This document shows positions 24,954-37,046 of a stretch of 64,000 nt of DNA, piece by piece. Source of the stretch: Podarcis cretensis. Its lineage: Eukaryota. The stretch covers positions 23,932,001 through 23,996,000 of the forward strand of contig OX638164.1 of NCBI GenBank assembly GCA_951804945.1. The letters run 5' to 3'. Within the stretch, counting starts at the first letter, position 1; each line of letters begins with the position of its first letter. Made by a program: the position numbers and the translations under genes. Below the pieces are notes generated by a model, which was given only the letters and a program-made list of their open reading frames with translations, had not been told where the DNA came from and ran no database searches.

Positions 24954-25665
24954 AGGCCACAACTTTATTGGTTACAGATGTGAGCAGTTTGGCTTAGGCA
25001 TTGGGTGAAGCCAGGCTATATCTCAACTCTCACCTGTCTGCAGGAAGTCCATCTAAGGGTAAACGACCAATAAGGGGAGCCCTATGACTTACATCAAGTA
25101 GGGATACCCTGACAGGTCCCCACTGGGGTCATGGCATGGCCCTAGCCCATGTCCAGGCATTGGACAGGATCCACACCCCCAGATCCCTTTAACAGGATAC
25201 CCTTATCGAGGAGGGGCAGGTGGAGGCTACAACCTCCCTTCCATCCAAACAAAGGCTTACTCAATGCCTAACCTCACAAAGTTGTGACAATTGCTACAAG
25301 GCAGGCAAAAACCCAATGGCTGGTGCCAGTTTGCCGAGTGGAAAAATTTGCTACCCGGCCCCAACAATATGGCGGTTGACATTTGTCCATAGCAAGGTCA
25401 TGTCAGAGCAAAGCATGAAAAGAGGGTGGGTGGCTTGGGAGATCCGGCAAAAGGTTGAGAGAGGAGAGGTCCCCAACCACTCCGTGGTTAAATTTCCTGT
25501 GGCCATGCCCCCACTGGTGCTGATTGGCCAGCTGGGCCACACTGGGCATGACCCTACCCAGTGCCAGTGACATGGCTGGGACAGCACCAGGGCGGCATCA
25601 ACTTCCCGTCCCCATGCTGGATCACTGCAGGGGCCTGGATGGCTGGACACAACACCACCCACCAA
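24954..25665 (-). mobile_element. Related LTR-like / YR-retrotransposon fragment
   Basis: aggccacaactttattg.ttacag...ttggcttaggcattgg is shared with 30489-30542; boundaries approximate. Confidence 0.45.
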
Positions 25666-26497
25666 AAAAGGTGAGTGGACTTATTGTTCACACCTGTTCT
25701 TTATACCAGCTTGCTTTCCCCCACCTGATACCTGGAAATATACACGCTCACTCACACAAACAAACAAACAAACAAACAAACACACAGAGCATCTGACTAA
25801 CAGAGGTCACACATTTTGCATGCTGGAAATTACCTTGTAGCTAAGCCCTCTGCAGAAAGAAGCAAGACCCTCCCCACTTAAACTACACTCTGCTCTTAAA
25901 CCAGTGCTTTAGACTTTTAAAAGTTTATGGTGTGAAAGATCTTGACACTAGGACCCCTTATATTCTGGGGAGTTCTTATTTTTTGAAGAAGAAATGTTCC
26001 AAAATGCAGAAAATAGGGCAGGTTTTAAGAAGTCTGAGAAATGTGGGGGAATGTATAGATAGAGATGTATTTCACTGAAAGGGAATTTAAAGTATATAGT
26101 TCAACAAAGCCCCTAAGGACTTTGTTTCACTTCTAAACAGTTCCTTAGAGAGGGAAGCACCTCTCATCCAAGGTCCTATTGATACCATCTGTAGAAAAAG
26201 ATTTCGTAACCTGCTGAAGCAATTTTCTCTGTAGCCCAACCTGTTCTTCCCTGACAACCACCCTGAATTTTGTTTGTCACTGTTTTGGACTGTTCTTGCT
26301 TTGTTGTTGTTGCTTTCATTTCAGGGTGAAAGTTCTTTAAGGTAATAAAAATTATGCAGTAGTGTTTTAAAAAAATAAACAAACAAGGCAGAGAAAGAGA
26401 GAGCTCAGAGCAGGTTGCTAGATCTCATGATGGTGACTGATTTGCCTTGTTCTATTAGTGCACTAATATTAATTGTTCTATTAGTGCACTAATATTA

Positions 26498-26860
26498 GGG
26501 ATGCGGGTGGCGCTGTGGGTAAAACCTCAGCGTCTAGGACTTGCCGATCGTCAGGTCGGCGGTTCGAATCCCCGCGGAGGGGTGCGCTCCCGTTGCTCGG
26601 TCCCAGCGCCTGCCAACCTAGCAGTTCGAAAGCACCCCCGGGTGCAAGTAGATAAATAGGGACCGCTTACTAGCGGGAAGGTAAACGGCGTTTCCGTGTG
26701 CTGCGCTGGCTCGCCAGATGCAGCTTATCATGCTGGCCACGTGACCCGGAAGTGTCTGCGGACAGCACTGGCCCCCGGCCTCTTAAGCGAGATGGGCGTG
26801 CAACCCCAGAGTCGGACACGACTGGCCCGTACGGGCAGGGGTACCTTTACCTTTACCTTT
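26498..26860 (+). mobile_element. Sauria SINE, full length, distinct subfamily
   Basis: gggatgcgggtggcgctgtggg head and (accttt)n tail. CpG-rich, so probably young. Target sequence tattagtgcacta is repeated on both sides. Confidence 0.93.
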
Positions 26861-27529
26861 ATTAGTGCACTATGAAGCCTCCCCACCCCACTCAATTTAA
26901 CATAATCATTTTTTATGTTGGAAAGAATGCCTGTAAGTTATCCATGAAGACAGCTGGAGAGAGGCCAGTTGAGAACAGGCTGATGAGAGCATCACGTCCA
27001 GGTTTCCAGTGAGCAAGAGGGACATGCCTTATATCCCCCTTCCCATTCCATAGAGACAATGCAGAATTTTATCATTTGCATTGCTATCCACATTTCCGTG
27101 TCCCAAAGAAGTCAATTGAGGCTGCCCCTCCTTAGCTATCGCCACTGAAATAAAGCCACGTAATTGGGGATATGGATCTATTGCTAACCTGTGGGATGAG
27201 GCATAATGCAAGCAAAACACATTTGCATCAGCACAGTTTAAGATGGCAAAATAGACTACCTGAAGCCTTGTTCCCCTTGTAATTGGTGCCTGAAAGTCCT
27301 CATGCATTTGCAATTTGTTCCTCGTGGTGTTGATGATCTCGATTAAGCATGGTGGATTAGCTTGCAGGAAAGAGGGAGCTTTTGCAAGACCAGTGTTGCT
27401 TCAGCTGGCAAAGCTTATTTTGCTTATTCCCAAATGCTTTTTTTTTAAAGGTGTCACTGAGAGAAAAAAATGCAACACTCCAGGTGAAGCTAGAGCAAAT
27501 AAGCAAAGCATAAGTGGCAGACATGACCT

Positions 27530-27671
27530 GAATGGATAGCTCAATTGGTTAGAGTATGGTGCTGATAATGGCAAGGTTGCAGGTTTGATTCCCATAAGGG
27601 ACAGCTGCATATTCCTGCATTGCAAGGGGTTGACGTTCCCCAGGATCCCTTACAATTATTTGATTCTATGA
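27530..27671 (+). mobile_element. SINE with tRNA-Ile-like head and CR1 3' tail
   Basis: tagctcaattggttagagtatggtgctgataatggcaaggttgcaggtttgattccc, then ttcctgcattgcaaggggttg...gattctatga. Confidence 0.75.
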
Positions 27672-28234
27672 ATGTGGTGTGAAAGGAAATCAAAACCAGC
27701 GGATCACCAAAAGAGAGTGTGCTTTGCAGATCCTCCTTTTAAACTCCCTCTTAGTCATCTGTGTATTGGAAGAATCCAAAGCAACAACTAACCCAACAAC
27801 CCACTGCTGCCAAAATGGTCCTCTTCCATAAAGAGCTCTTAATTTGTGCTTGTTCCCCTCCAGAAAATGATTCTGGGGCTGAACCTCAGACTGGACGTAG
27901 TAGTGATGAAGTCAACAATGCCTTGTATGAAGTATGTCTTGCTAACCAGACAGGCAACTCCACACATCCAGGGCCCCCCAAAAGGGTACATAAATGACTT
28001 AAGGAATTCATAACAATAAAAGCAACAAATTATGAATTAGTAATAATAAAGTCCTGGCTGAAGAGGGCTGGCTGTAAGGCAGGCCTGATCCACAACAAGC
28101 AGGACCTCTTTAGGGATCCATCCCTGGTTGCAGAATGAGATGCAAATTATCAGAGGGAGGCGAGCATCTCAAGGGAGCTAGCTTGGAAGGGCTTGTAATT
28201 TTTTATTTTTACAGATTTCTGTCCTTTGAATTTG

Positions 28235-28236
<2 letters not shown>

Positions 28237-28266
<30 letters not shown>
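28237..28266. repeat. (GT)n microsatellite
   Basis: Direct reading. Confidence 0.95.
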
Positions 28267-28267
<1 letters not shown>

Positions 28268-28784
28268 GTCACACTGTTCTGCCTTTTGTTTTACAACATT
28301 CCCTGTTCTGGATGATATGGCAATTTAGAGGCTTTTTGAGGCAGAGGTGCTGGTTTAAAACACTAATAGTGACAAGTTAATGTTAATTGACTTCAAAAAG
28401 GAGGTTTATGCAGACGACCTTGCTTTGTAAATGTCCCTGAAAATGGAACAGTAGAACTTAAAAAAAATAATAAAAAAATATTGTTTTTCTCCATTTGGAA
28501 TGATTTATTTTCCTTTGCCAGATGTTTCATTTGTACAAAAATTCACTTCTGCTTCCGCATAAACCTGTGCTTGGATGTTGCACATGGCATCCCATGTGCA
28601 TATAATTTAGTTTTCCTTCGTATGCAGTGAGGACTTGGCAGGAATTCTCTTACAGGTGACGTTGTGTTATAATGTTTTAATATATCTTTTTTTCTTTCTT
28701 GGCGAAAGTGGCAGAGGTGCTTTCTTTGTGGGGAGGGGGCAGTGAGGCCGTACCCTGTTGGTGAACAAAGGGGGAGAGCAGAAG

Positions 28785-29276
28785 TGTGGCGATCACACAG
28801 GGTCCCCGGACATTTCACCGTCTATTGATCCCTGTGCCACCATTTTATTTCTTGCTGCCACCACCTAGGCCCTACCTGGTACAATACTGAGTCCAGTCAG
28901 GGTTAAATTGGAACATAAACTTCTGTTTATTTATTGCAGTTTAACAAGCGTGTGGTTTCATAAACGGTATCGGTCAATTACAATCATGGGTTGCCTATCC
29001 AGTCCTATAACTTCCACTAGCTGCTCTCACTCACTAAACCACCTCTCAGATATTTACTTGTCTTCCTAGCCCCTAACTCAGCTTATTTCGCTACACTAAC
29101 TCAACCTACCCACAACTCTATCCCAATTCACTCCCACTCCAACCAACCACCCAACTCCTAACAAACTCCTCTCCCAGAGTTGGTTTTATAGTCCCACTGA
29201 CTCCACCCCCCTGGGTCCTGATTGGGTAACCTGTTTAACTATTTCTCCTCCAACACTCTCATATGTTAACATCACA
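28785..29276 (-). mobile_element. Solo LTR (492 bp)
   Basis: TG...CA ends with imperfect terminal inverted repeats (tgtggcg / catcaca) and a 5-bp TSD agaag on both sides. On the minus strand, CCAAT (~29220), TATAAAA (~29185) and AATAAA (~28930) occur in U3-R order. Confidence 0.82.
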
Positions 29277-29465
29277 AGAAGTAAAAGCAGAAAATTCATG
29301 GGCTGTAGAGTCCCATTCTGTAGCTTCCCTCTCCAGTGCAATCTTGTTGCTAATCTTCTCTGCATCTAAATGTTAGACCCAGTCAAGAAAATAATAATGG
29401 GTATAATTTGACACTAGGCCTACTCAGATTAGAACAACTGAAATGAATGAGCATGAGAAGTTAGA

Positions 29466-29588
29466 ATAGCTCAGTTGGTTAGAGCATGGTGCTGAGAACA
29501 CCAAGGTCGCAGGTTTGATCCCTGTATGGGACAGCTGCATTGCAGGGGTTTGAACTAGATGATCCTCAGGATTACTTCCAACTGTATA
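29466..29588 (+). mobile_element. Second tRNA-Ile-headed / CR1-tailed SINE
   Basis: tagctcagttggttagagcatggtgctgagaacaccaaggtcgcaggtttgatccc...gcattgcagggg..gaactagatgatcc. Confidence 0.72.
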
Positions 29589-30411
29589 AATGCACCCACC
29601 CACACCCCTGTTGATTTCAATCCATCTACTCTGAGTTCATGCTAGTTGCATGCCACCAATTGTCATTACTTTGGAACAAAAGTTGCCAACTTCCACCAGT
29701 TCCTGGAGTTGACCCTTTTGACAGCATCTTCAGCTGCAAGTGCATTACACACAGGAACACAGGAAGCTGTCATAGTGAGTCAGACCAGTACTCTATCTGG
29801 CTCAATGTTCCTGCCACTGACTGCCAGCAGCTCTGAAGGGTTTCAGACTGCAGTCTCTTCTCCTAGCCCTGCATGGAGATGCCAGCAATTGGCCCTGGAA
29901 CCTTTTGCAGGCAAAGCAGCTGGTCTACTACCAAACTCTTCCCTGAATATAATATAATATTACATTACGAGCAGGAGGCCACATCTATTCCCATGCTGTG
30001 TAGAAAGTGGTGTTTTGCTTTGTTGATTTCTTCAGATCAAGCTGCCTGAAGGACACAGGAGCAGATAGATAATTTAACAAATTCTTGGAAGATATATAAC
30101 TGTAAATGGCGACTGGTCACAATGGCTGCATCACCTCCAGGATCAATTCTGGTTACTAGTCACTGGATCACGAGCAGGAGAGGGCTATTGTGCTCATTTC
30201 CTGCTTATGGGCATCCCAGAAAAAGCATATGCTTAATCACCATGAGAACTGAATGCTGGGCTTCATAGATGTTTGCCCTGATCTCCTTATGTACTTAATG
30301 GTGCCAAACATTAAAAATAAGAACCACCTGTAGCCCTTGGAAATGATTTGCTTGTTTTGTAAAGTTCAAGGCTCATCCTAAAAATAAAAGGTTTCAAATA
30401 TTGTATTTTAT

Positions 30412-30940
30412 TGTGGTTCGAGGACCCGATCCCCACTTTGTGGAATAAAGACACACGGACACAGTGTATAAGGTTAATGGGCAAGAAAAGGCCACAACTT
30501 TATTGATTACAGCAAGTGAGAAGGTATTGGCTTAGGCATTGGACCACGACAGATTGACTCCACCCACTCGGGGAGGGGTGAGCCTAAAGGGGGTTTATTC
30601 ACCAGTAGGTGGAGCCTGTTGATGCTAATACAACTATAAGCTCTCCCCTGATGTCACCGAGGGTCGTGCCATGGCCCCCCGCCACACAGGCATCGGACAG
30701 GATCCATGACCACCGGAGAAGGTGAAAAGTGAGGCGGAATGGCTGGCGCAGCGGTATCTTAAACCGCAAACCACACCCCCTACAAGCCGCCCGGTTGGGA
30801 GCTTACCTGTGGGTGTGGTGCGCCAGCCAGGTGAGCGGGGCAGGGGGCATAACGCCCCCTGCATGATGCAGAAATCGCATCCCGCCCACAAAACCTCCCC
30901 TCCGTGAGGAGGAGAGGCTTTATCAAAGGCAAGGAAACAC
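30412..30940 (-). mobile_element. LTR-like / YR-retrotransposon terminal repeat (family uncertain)
   Basis: GC/CpG-rich block. Minus-strand ccaatgcctaagcc...caataaagttgtggcct is shared with the copy at 24954. Right boundary approximate. Confidence 0.5.
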
Positions 30941-33675
30941 TAGAAAGGGGGGGGGGGAGAGTTTGTGAAGTGAATGATCAATATTACAACCTCCTTGAAT
31001 ATCATCTCATAAGAGGAAGATAGGGGTTGATTCCTGTCTGCTTCTTTATGTGTTCCTTGTTTTTTTTATTAAAAAAATATATTGTTTTGAAACTTTGCCT
31101 ATAATGAACTGACGGGTCAGAGCTGTTTCACGGAGAGGGGCTTGAGAGAAGATGGCTATAAATTCTCCTCATTTATCCTACACATGTCGGCTTATTTGCT
31201 CTTCTCCATCCATTCCGCTTGCTGCATCCATTACCGTTATTACTGTGATTAAAAGGCAATCAAAGGAAATCTTCTCCTATTCCTAAAATGGCTGCCAATG
31301 CTTTCCTTCCAGCTCACAGAGATGCAAGCAAAGGGTGTTTCAGGCAGCAGCTGATGTGTTTCAGTTTCCAGGGAGGAAGTAACAAAGGAAATGCAGAGTT
31401 TCTCCTGGTCTGGCACACAAGCCCTACTCCTGAGGAGAAGGCTGTCAATGGCTGCTGGCCATGATGGATATAGCCTGCTTGCACAGTCAGAGGCAGTTAT
31501 GCTCTGAATGCCAGTTGCTGGAAGCCACAAGAGGCGAAGGTGCTCTTGTGCTCAGGTTCTGCTTGCTGGTTTTCCGCAGGCATCTGGCTGGCCACTGTGA
31601 GAACAGGATGCTGGACTCGATGGGTCATTGGCCTGATCCAGCAGCCAGGTGCTTCTTATGTTCAGGGCACCACTGAAATTTGAAAGCCCAAAGTCTGCCA
31701 TTGGCCATGATGGCTGCCTTAGAACAATCTTGTCCCTATTGGGCTCTTAGCTCACTTCAGCTCCTGGCAAGACAGTTGTGTGTGTCTGTTGCCATGTTCA
31801 GAATTCAGCATTCTGAGCCTGGAGGGGTGGGGTGAACTGGGAAACGTATTTCCTTCAAAAGGGTTTGCTTTTTTAAAAAATTGTCCCGTGAGACTTCTAA
31901 TGCCAGATAACCCCAAGATATTCTCTGAAGGCTCAAAAGATTGCTGAACATATATTTGTCACAGTTTTGCCAAAGTTTAGATTGATTGGGGTTGGAACGG
32001 GGATGTTTCTGCCTGGAAATTCTCAGCTGCATGAAAAACCAAGCACCATTACTCTGGAAATCGTTTCTGAAACTCAGAATATGAAATTAAACACACGAGT
32101 GCATGCAGGTCAGGAAGAGGCCCTGGGAATCAACATTTTCTAGGTCACCAGAGAGTTCTGTAGGGATAACAGCCACCCTGGGAATTGCATATCTCAATGC
32201 CTCGTACACCTGGGACGCCATCAGCAAGTTCAGCACAGTCACAAGGAGCCCTGGGACATTTATTTCCCAGGGTAAGTGACATCCCTGCTGAGTACTTGGT
32301 TGTCCTGGAAAACTATTCTCAGGTCTCTAGTCCCTGGCACCCTGTCATTTCAGTATTACATATACCTAGGAGGACTGGGCGTCTCGTAGAGATGTCTCCT
32401 GATCACTCTAGCTGTTGCCCCAGCACAACCAAGTAAATTTTGGGTCAAGAGCAGAGGGCAAGGCTCAAGGGTTTATGAATGGGAGGATGGGGGTGGGGTG
32501 GGGTGGGGTGGGGACGTAATTGGGTCATTGAGAATAAGACAACAGTTCCTAATTCCAAAATTCCATTGAACTTGGTTGAGAAAGGAAAGTATTTTCCAAA
32601 GGAAGGAATGGAAGGAGGATGGAACTCACATTATCCAAGCTCAGTTCCTAATTGTGTCAAGTCAGTCGCTGAATACAGTCGTACCTTGGCTCCCAAATGC
32701 CGCAAACCTAGAAGTGAGTGTTCCAGTTTGAGAATGTTCTTCGGAACCCGAAAATCTGACAGGGCTTCTGTGGCTTCTGATTGTACTTGACATCCCATGG
32801 TAGTCAGTTCGTGCAACCATTGCTGGTGTCAGGTTTCAGTGGGTCTTGGGTGTGGTGCCCTGGGGGCCCCCTCAATGAAGTCCCCACGTACCCCTTCCCT
32901 ACGTCCAAGTGAGCAGAGGACACATGCAAAGGATGCTGCCACCTCTCCTCATAACTTGTTATTGCTTGAGAGCTCAGGAAGGGCAGGCGAATAGGCAGTG
33001 GCAGCACAGCAAGGTGCAGCAGCAGCAGAGCCCTGAAGAAATGTGGGTCTTGGCAGGTGCCCAGCAATGCCAACCTCCAACACCGGCCTTCATGAGTTAC
33101 CCAGCCTAATCCATAAAAGCAGCAGGAACTAGGGTGCACACACAGATGTGCCCAGCAGGGGTCAGTGTTCCACTGCAATTCATCTGTGCCATTCGATCTG
33201 TGCTGCTGTTCGTCTGTCTTTGCTATTGGGGGGGGGAGGTGTTTCAGCAGCCCCACCTGCCAACACATCTGCTTGGATAGTCAAGGAAGTGTGGTGAGAA
33301 TTTAGTTGCCCTGGCTTATGGGAAGCTGGACGTGGAAGAGGATGCACCGATTCAGAATCAGGTCTTTGCTTATGGCAAGGTGGAATTCAGGTTTCGGGAG
33401 TATAGGAATTCGATGCATTACAACTCCAGGCATTTACCTCTAGCTCACGGGATGGATTGGATTGATTGATTATATTTCCCTTCTGCTTTTCATTCAAATG
33501 GATCCCAAAGTGGCTGACAAACAATAAAGAACAATAACACAATAGAAAGTAATAGAACATCACAAATGCAGCATAAATCATATAGAATGATTAACAAATC
33601 ATCTTGGAAACAATCTATAAAGCTCTGTTAAAAAAGCAACAACTAAAAAAATAAGCTAAACACCCTTTGGAAATA

Positions 33676-33922
33676 CAGTGGTACCTCGGGTTACAGACAC
33701 TTCAGGTTACAGACACTTCAGGTTACAGACGCTTCAGGTTACAGACTCCGCTAACCCAGAAATAATACCTCAGGTTAAGAACTTTGCTTCAGGATGAGAA
33801 CAGAAATCGTGTGGCGGCAGCAGGAGGCCCCATTAGCTAAAGTGGTACCTCAGGTTAAGAACAGTTTCAGGTTAAGAATGGACCTCCAGAACGAATTAAG
33901 TTCTTAACCCGAGGTACCACTG
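33676..33922. mobile_element. Tc1/mariner-pogo MITE with internal 16-bp tandem repeat
   Basis: Perfect 18-bp TIR cagtggtacctcgggtta / taacccgaggtaccactg, TA TSDs, ~3.5 copies of ggttacagac(a/g)cttca. Confidence 0.92.
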
Positions 33923-34179
33923 TAGCTCCCTTATGAAGGCTCCTAGAGCTGGAGGGTGGAACAAGGCAGCTGGGAAAAGCTATTACCTGCTGGCCATCAC
34001 AGACTGTCTCCCCCATCACCTTTCCTACTCTTCTGTCACATAATTTTTTGAGGAGAAGTCACAACTGTTTAACGCACTATCATAGCACTTTAAATGTATG
34101 GTTTAAATGTGGCCCAAGTATTTTATTCTGGCTCCCCGTTATGAATTTTCCTAGCATCCTGAAAATAAAACCAAACACG

Positions 34180-34760
34180 TTCCATTGAACTTAGAGCTCT
34201 TAATTGGTGAGGGATTCAACATTCAGCTCAAACGTAAGATCCATCCCCAAAATTTCAGGCATCGCCACCCCTGAGTGCAAAATATTGAGAAACATGAAGC
34301 ATTTCTGAGAACAAATTCATTTACGTTCCATCTCCATCTGCTAGCAGGATTCATTCTAAAGAGCTCTCCATTAACCTTAATATCTATAAACAGAAGGAAC
34401 AGTTCTAGCACAGGGTGCAGGAGGTTAATATTTATTCTAACCTTTCAGAAAAGAGGTTGAAAAATATAATACATGCCCAGGTACTGGCGGTAATTAATTT
34501 ATATGGGATTTCCCCCCCCCCCCCCACTTATAAATTAAACCTAGTAATCTTGCAGCTCCTCATCCGTCATCTGTGCGGCCCCCCAGATGGTCCTTAGGCA
34601 TAGACAAACAGGCCAGCCCATTATTCAACATACGTTTTTGGACAATAATTGATATTCTTCTGCCCCTCGCCAAACAGATGCTAGCAGAGTGTCTCAAAAT
34701 GATTCGCAAATATTAATTTGCAAGCGCTGACACCCCAGGGAGGCAAGCAAACATCGTTTC
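34180..34760. promoter_or_regulatory. Candidate conserved non-coding enhancer
   Basis: Repeat-free block with TAATTG/TAATTAAT/TAAATTAA sites, an inverted CATCTG...CAGATG pair and GCAAAT-ATTA-ATTTGC. Confidence 0.4.
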
Positions 34761-35037
34761 TGCAGGAGAGAGGGGGAGATGGCTGTCTTTCCCCATTAAT
34801 TCCCAAAAAACAGACTGAGAGATATCAGAACGTTCTTGTTTGGAGGGGGAGGGGAATGGACAGGGTGTCTACGAAAGGGATGAAGCACTAGCAAACAGAA
34901 AACTGATACAGCAAGCATTTCTCACCCGCTTTTTTAAAAAATGGCTTGTGGTTCAGGAATTTGGTGTAGCATCAGATTCGCATTAAAGTAGATGTGCCTC
35001 TCCCTGGTTATCTGTTTGTTTTGTAAAACAAAAATTT

Positions 35038-35109
35038 ATAGAATAGAATAGAATAGAATAGAATAGAATAGAATAGAATAGAATAGAATAGAATAGAATA
35101 GAATAGAAT
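35038..35109. repeat. (ATAGA)n pentanucleotide microsatellite
   Basis: About 14 perfect units. Confidence 0.95.
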
Positions 35110-36339
35110 GACTTGTTGAACTCTCCTTATTCGAAAAGAACCCATATTTTATTTTTGTACCCTTTTAAAAAACCAAAAACCCCTTTTTTTCATTGCCAGT
35201 AAGAGGGGTAAGCGAAATTCAGTTTATTTCAGATGTTGGTGTGAATCCACTGAATTCTCCCTTTCCAAATCAATAAGTGACCCAAAGCAAGGCTATGCTT
35301 CAAAATTCACACTTATCTGAATTTTGTTTCCCAACAAATAATGTCTGCAAATAGGTGATTAGGGGAGGTGTGTAGAAAAATGTATATAATGGTGGGAAAA
35401 TGGCATATAAAAATGCATTAGATCTGGCAAAACTAGCTTACAAAACTGTGTTTATGGTGAGAAATTCGCATGAAATCATTGATGAATTTTCAAGGGTGTT
35501 TGTGTGTGTTTTTTTTAAAAAATCACAAACTGAGATATGTGGAGAACTGAAGACTGGAAAAATAAGAAACTGAGCCAACTGAGAATGGAGAGATTTGCTC
35601 ATCCCTACTTGCTAAGCACCCAGGATAGCCCTCCCCCACATGGGGTCCTACTAGGAAGCAAAATTCAAAGCTGCTATTCCCCTCCCCACCCCAGAGCAAG
35701 CACGCACCCTACACAATCCCTCCTCATTTACTAGCAGGGGTTTCCCTTCTTTTCTAGGTTGGTGCAGCTGTCCCCAGTGTCCTCCTGCCTCCTAGCATCA
35801 TAGGCTTAATGATGTTCAGAGAGCAAATCAGTCCCTGGGGAAATACACCTCTCCCACCACACCAATAATTTCAGCTGTGTGGGTTTTGCCTCTAGTTACT
35901 TAGTAATGTGGTGGGGAAACCACACACAGATTCCAGCCAACATGTTATAGATAAAAATAGGGACATTGCTCCTTCCTGATTGCTGTACAATAGCCGGTCC
36001 ATTGCATTGGCTTCTGAAGCATAATATATTAGCAAATCTGCCATAACATAAGACTCACAAGAGTCCCCCGGCTTTGCTCTAGTGCAGCTCTCCCAGGCCA
36101 CATTGCATGGATGTGTGAGATGAAGAAGCCTATCATGTATACTTTATATAGTGGGCATTCCTAGATCCAGGAACCCTGAATGATCAGTTCGAGGGTAGAC
36201 AAATGCCCATGTCACTCACATGTCTCCCCATCATGCAGATCATGTGCAAAGGAGTCTCCTCTTTCATTAAGAAAAAGAAAAGAAAACAACACCTTCAGCA
36301 TGTTCTGCAGAACATTTTATGTGTCCAAGGGAGCTGTTT

Positions 36340-36915
36340 GTGCATATTTATTGATTTATTTTAAAAAATATTTACATACCACAATGTCATAAAAATGTAT
36401 CAAATCAGTTTACAGCAATAAAGCATACAAGTGTACAACAAAGACCGTATAAAAAATTAAAAAGTTAAAAACAGACATCAATTGACCATTGTATTCTTAA
36501 TGGCCTGCATAGGCCTGGCAGAATAGAAAGTTTGTCAGCAGGCATTTAAAAGTTGGCAAAGAAAGTGTCTGCTGAATCTCTAGTGGCAGGGTGTTCCACA
36601 GGGCTGGGTTGATGACACTAAGGTCTTGGATTCTTGTTGTTGTCAAAGAATCAGCAATGCTTCTCATTGATGACAATAATTCAGCTAGGATATAAGGATT
36701 CTGAATGTACCTGAAGTTCCTTTGGTCCAAGTTGTTCAGGGCACTGCAAATCAATACAAGGAGCTTGAACCTGGTTTGGGAGTAGATGGGCAGCCACTGC
36801 ACCTGCTTTAACAATGGTGTCACCTGTTGTTGGCCAGATGCCCCCATCAACAGTCAGCCCCACACATCCTGCACCAGCTGGATTTCTATACCAAATTAAA
36901 GGACAGCCCCCCATA
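36340..36915 (-). mobile_element. L2-clade LINE 3' fragment (degraded)
   Basis: ORF 36497..36850: VTPLLKQVQWLPI...FKLLVL...LWNTLPLEI...FKCLL. Confidence 0.7.
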
Positions 36916-37046
36916 GAGCCTTATTTGGCTACATGAAGATCTTGGAAAAGGCTTTGCTATTAATATGTAGGAGGAAGTGAACAGTGAAACGTTTTTCTCC
37001 TTTTCTCATAAAATCATTGTTATTTATTATTATTTATTCAACTTAT

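Noticed and set aside
27530-27605. tRNA-Ile-like gene (also 29466 and the tRNA-Lys-like sequence at 16103-16172)
   Set aside because: Mutated stems and direct fusion to a CR1 tail mark these as SINE heads, not functional tRNAs.
32804-33268. 154-aa minus-strand ORF in a GC-rich block
   Set aside because: No recognisable domain or exon boundaries; probably a degraded repeat.
33689-33746. CRISPR-like array of 16-bp repeats
   Set aside because: Head-to-tail repeats with no spacers, inside a mariner-type MITE in a vertebrate genome.
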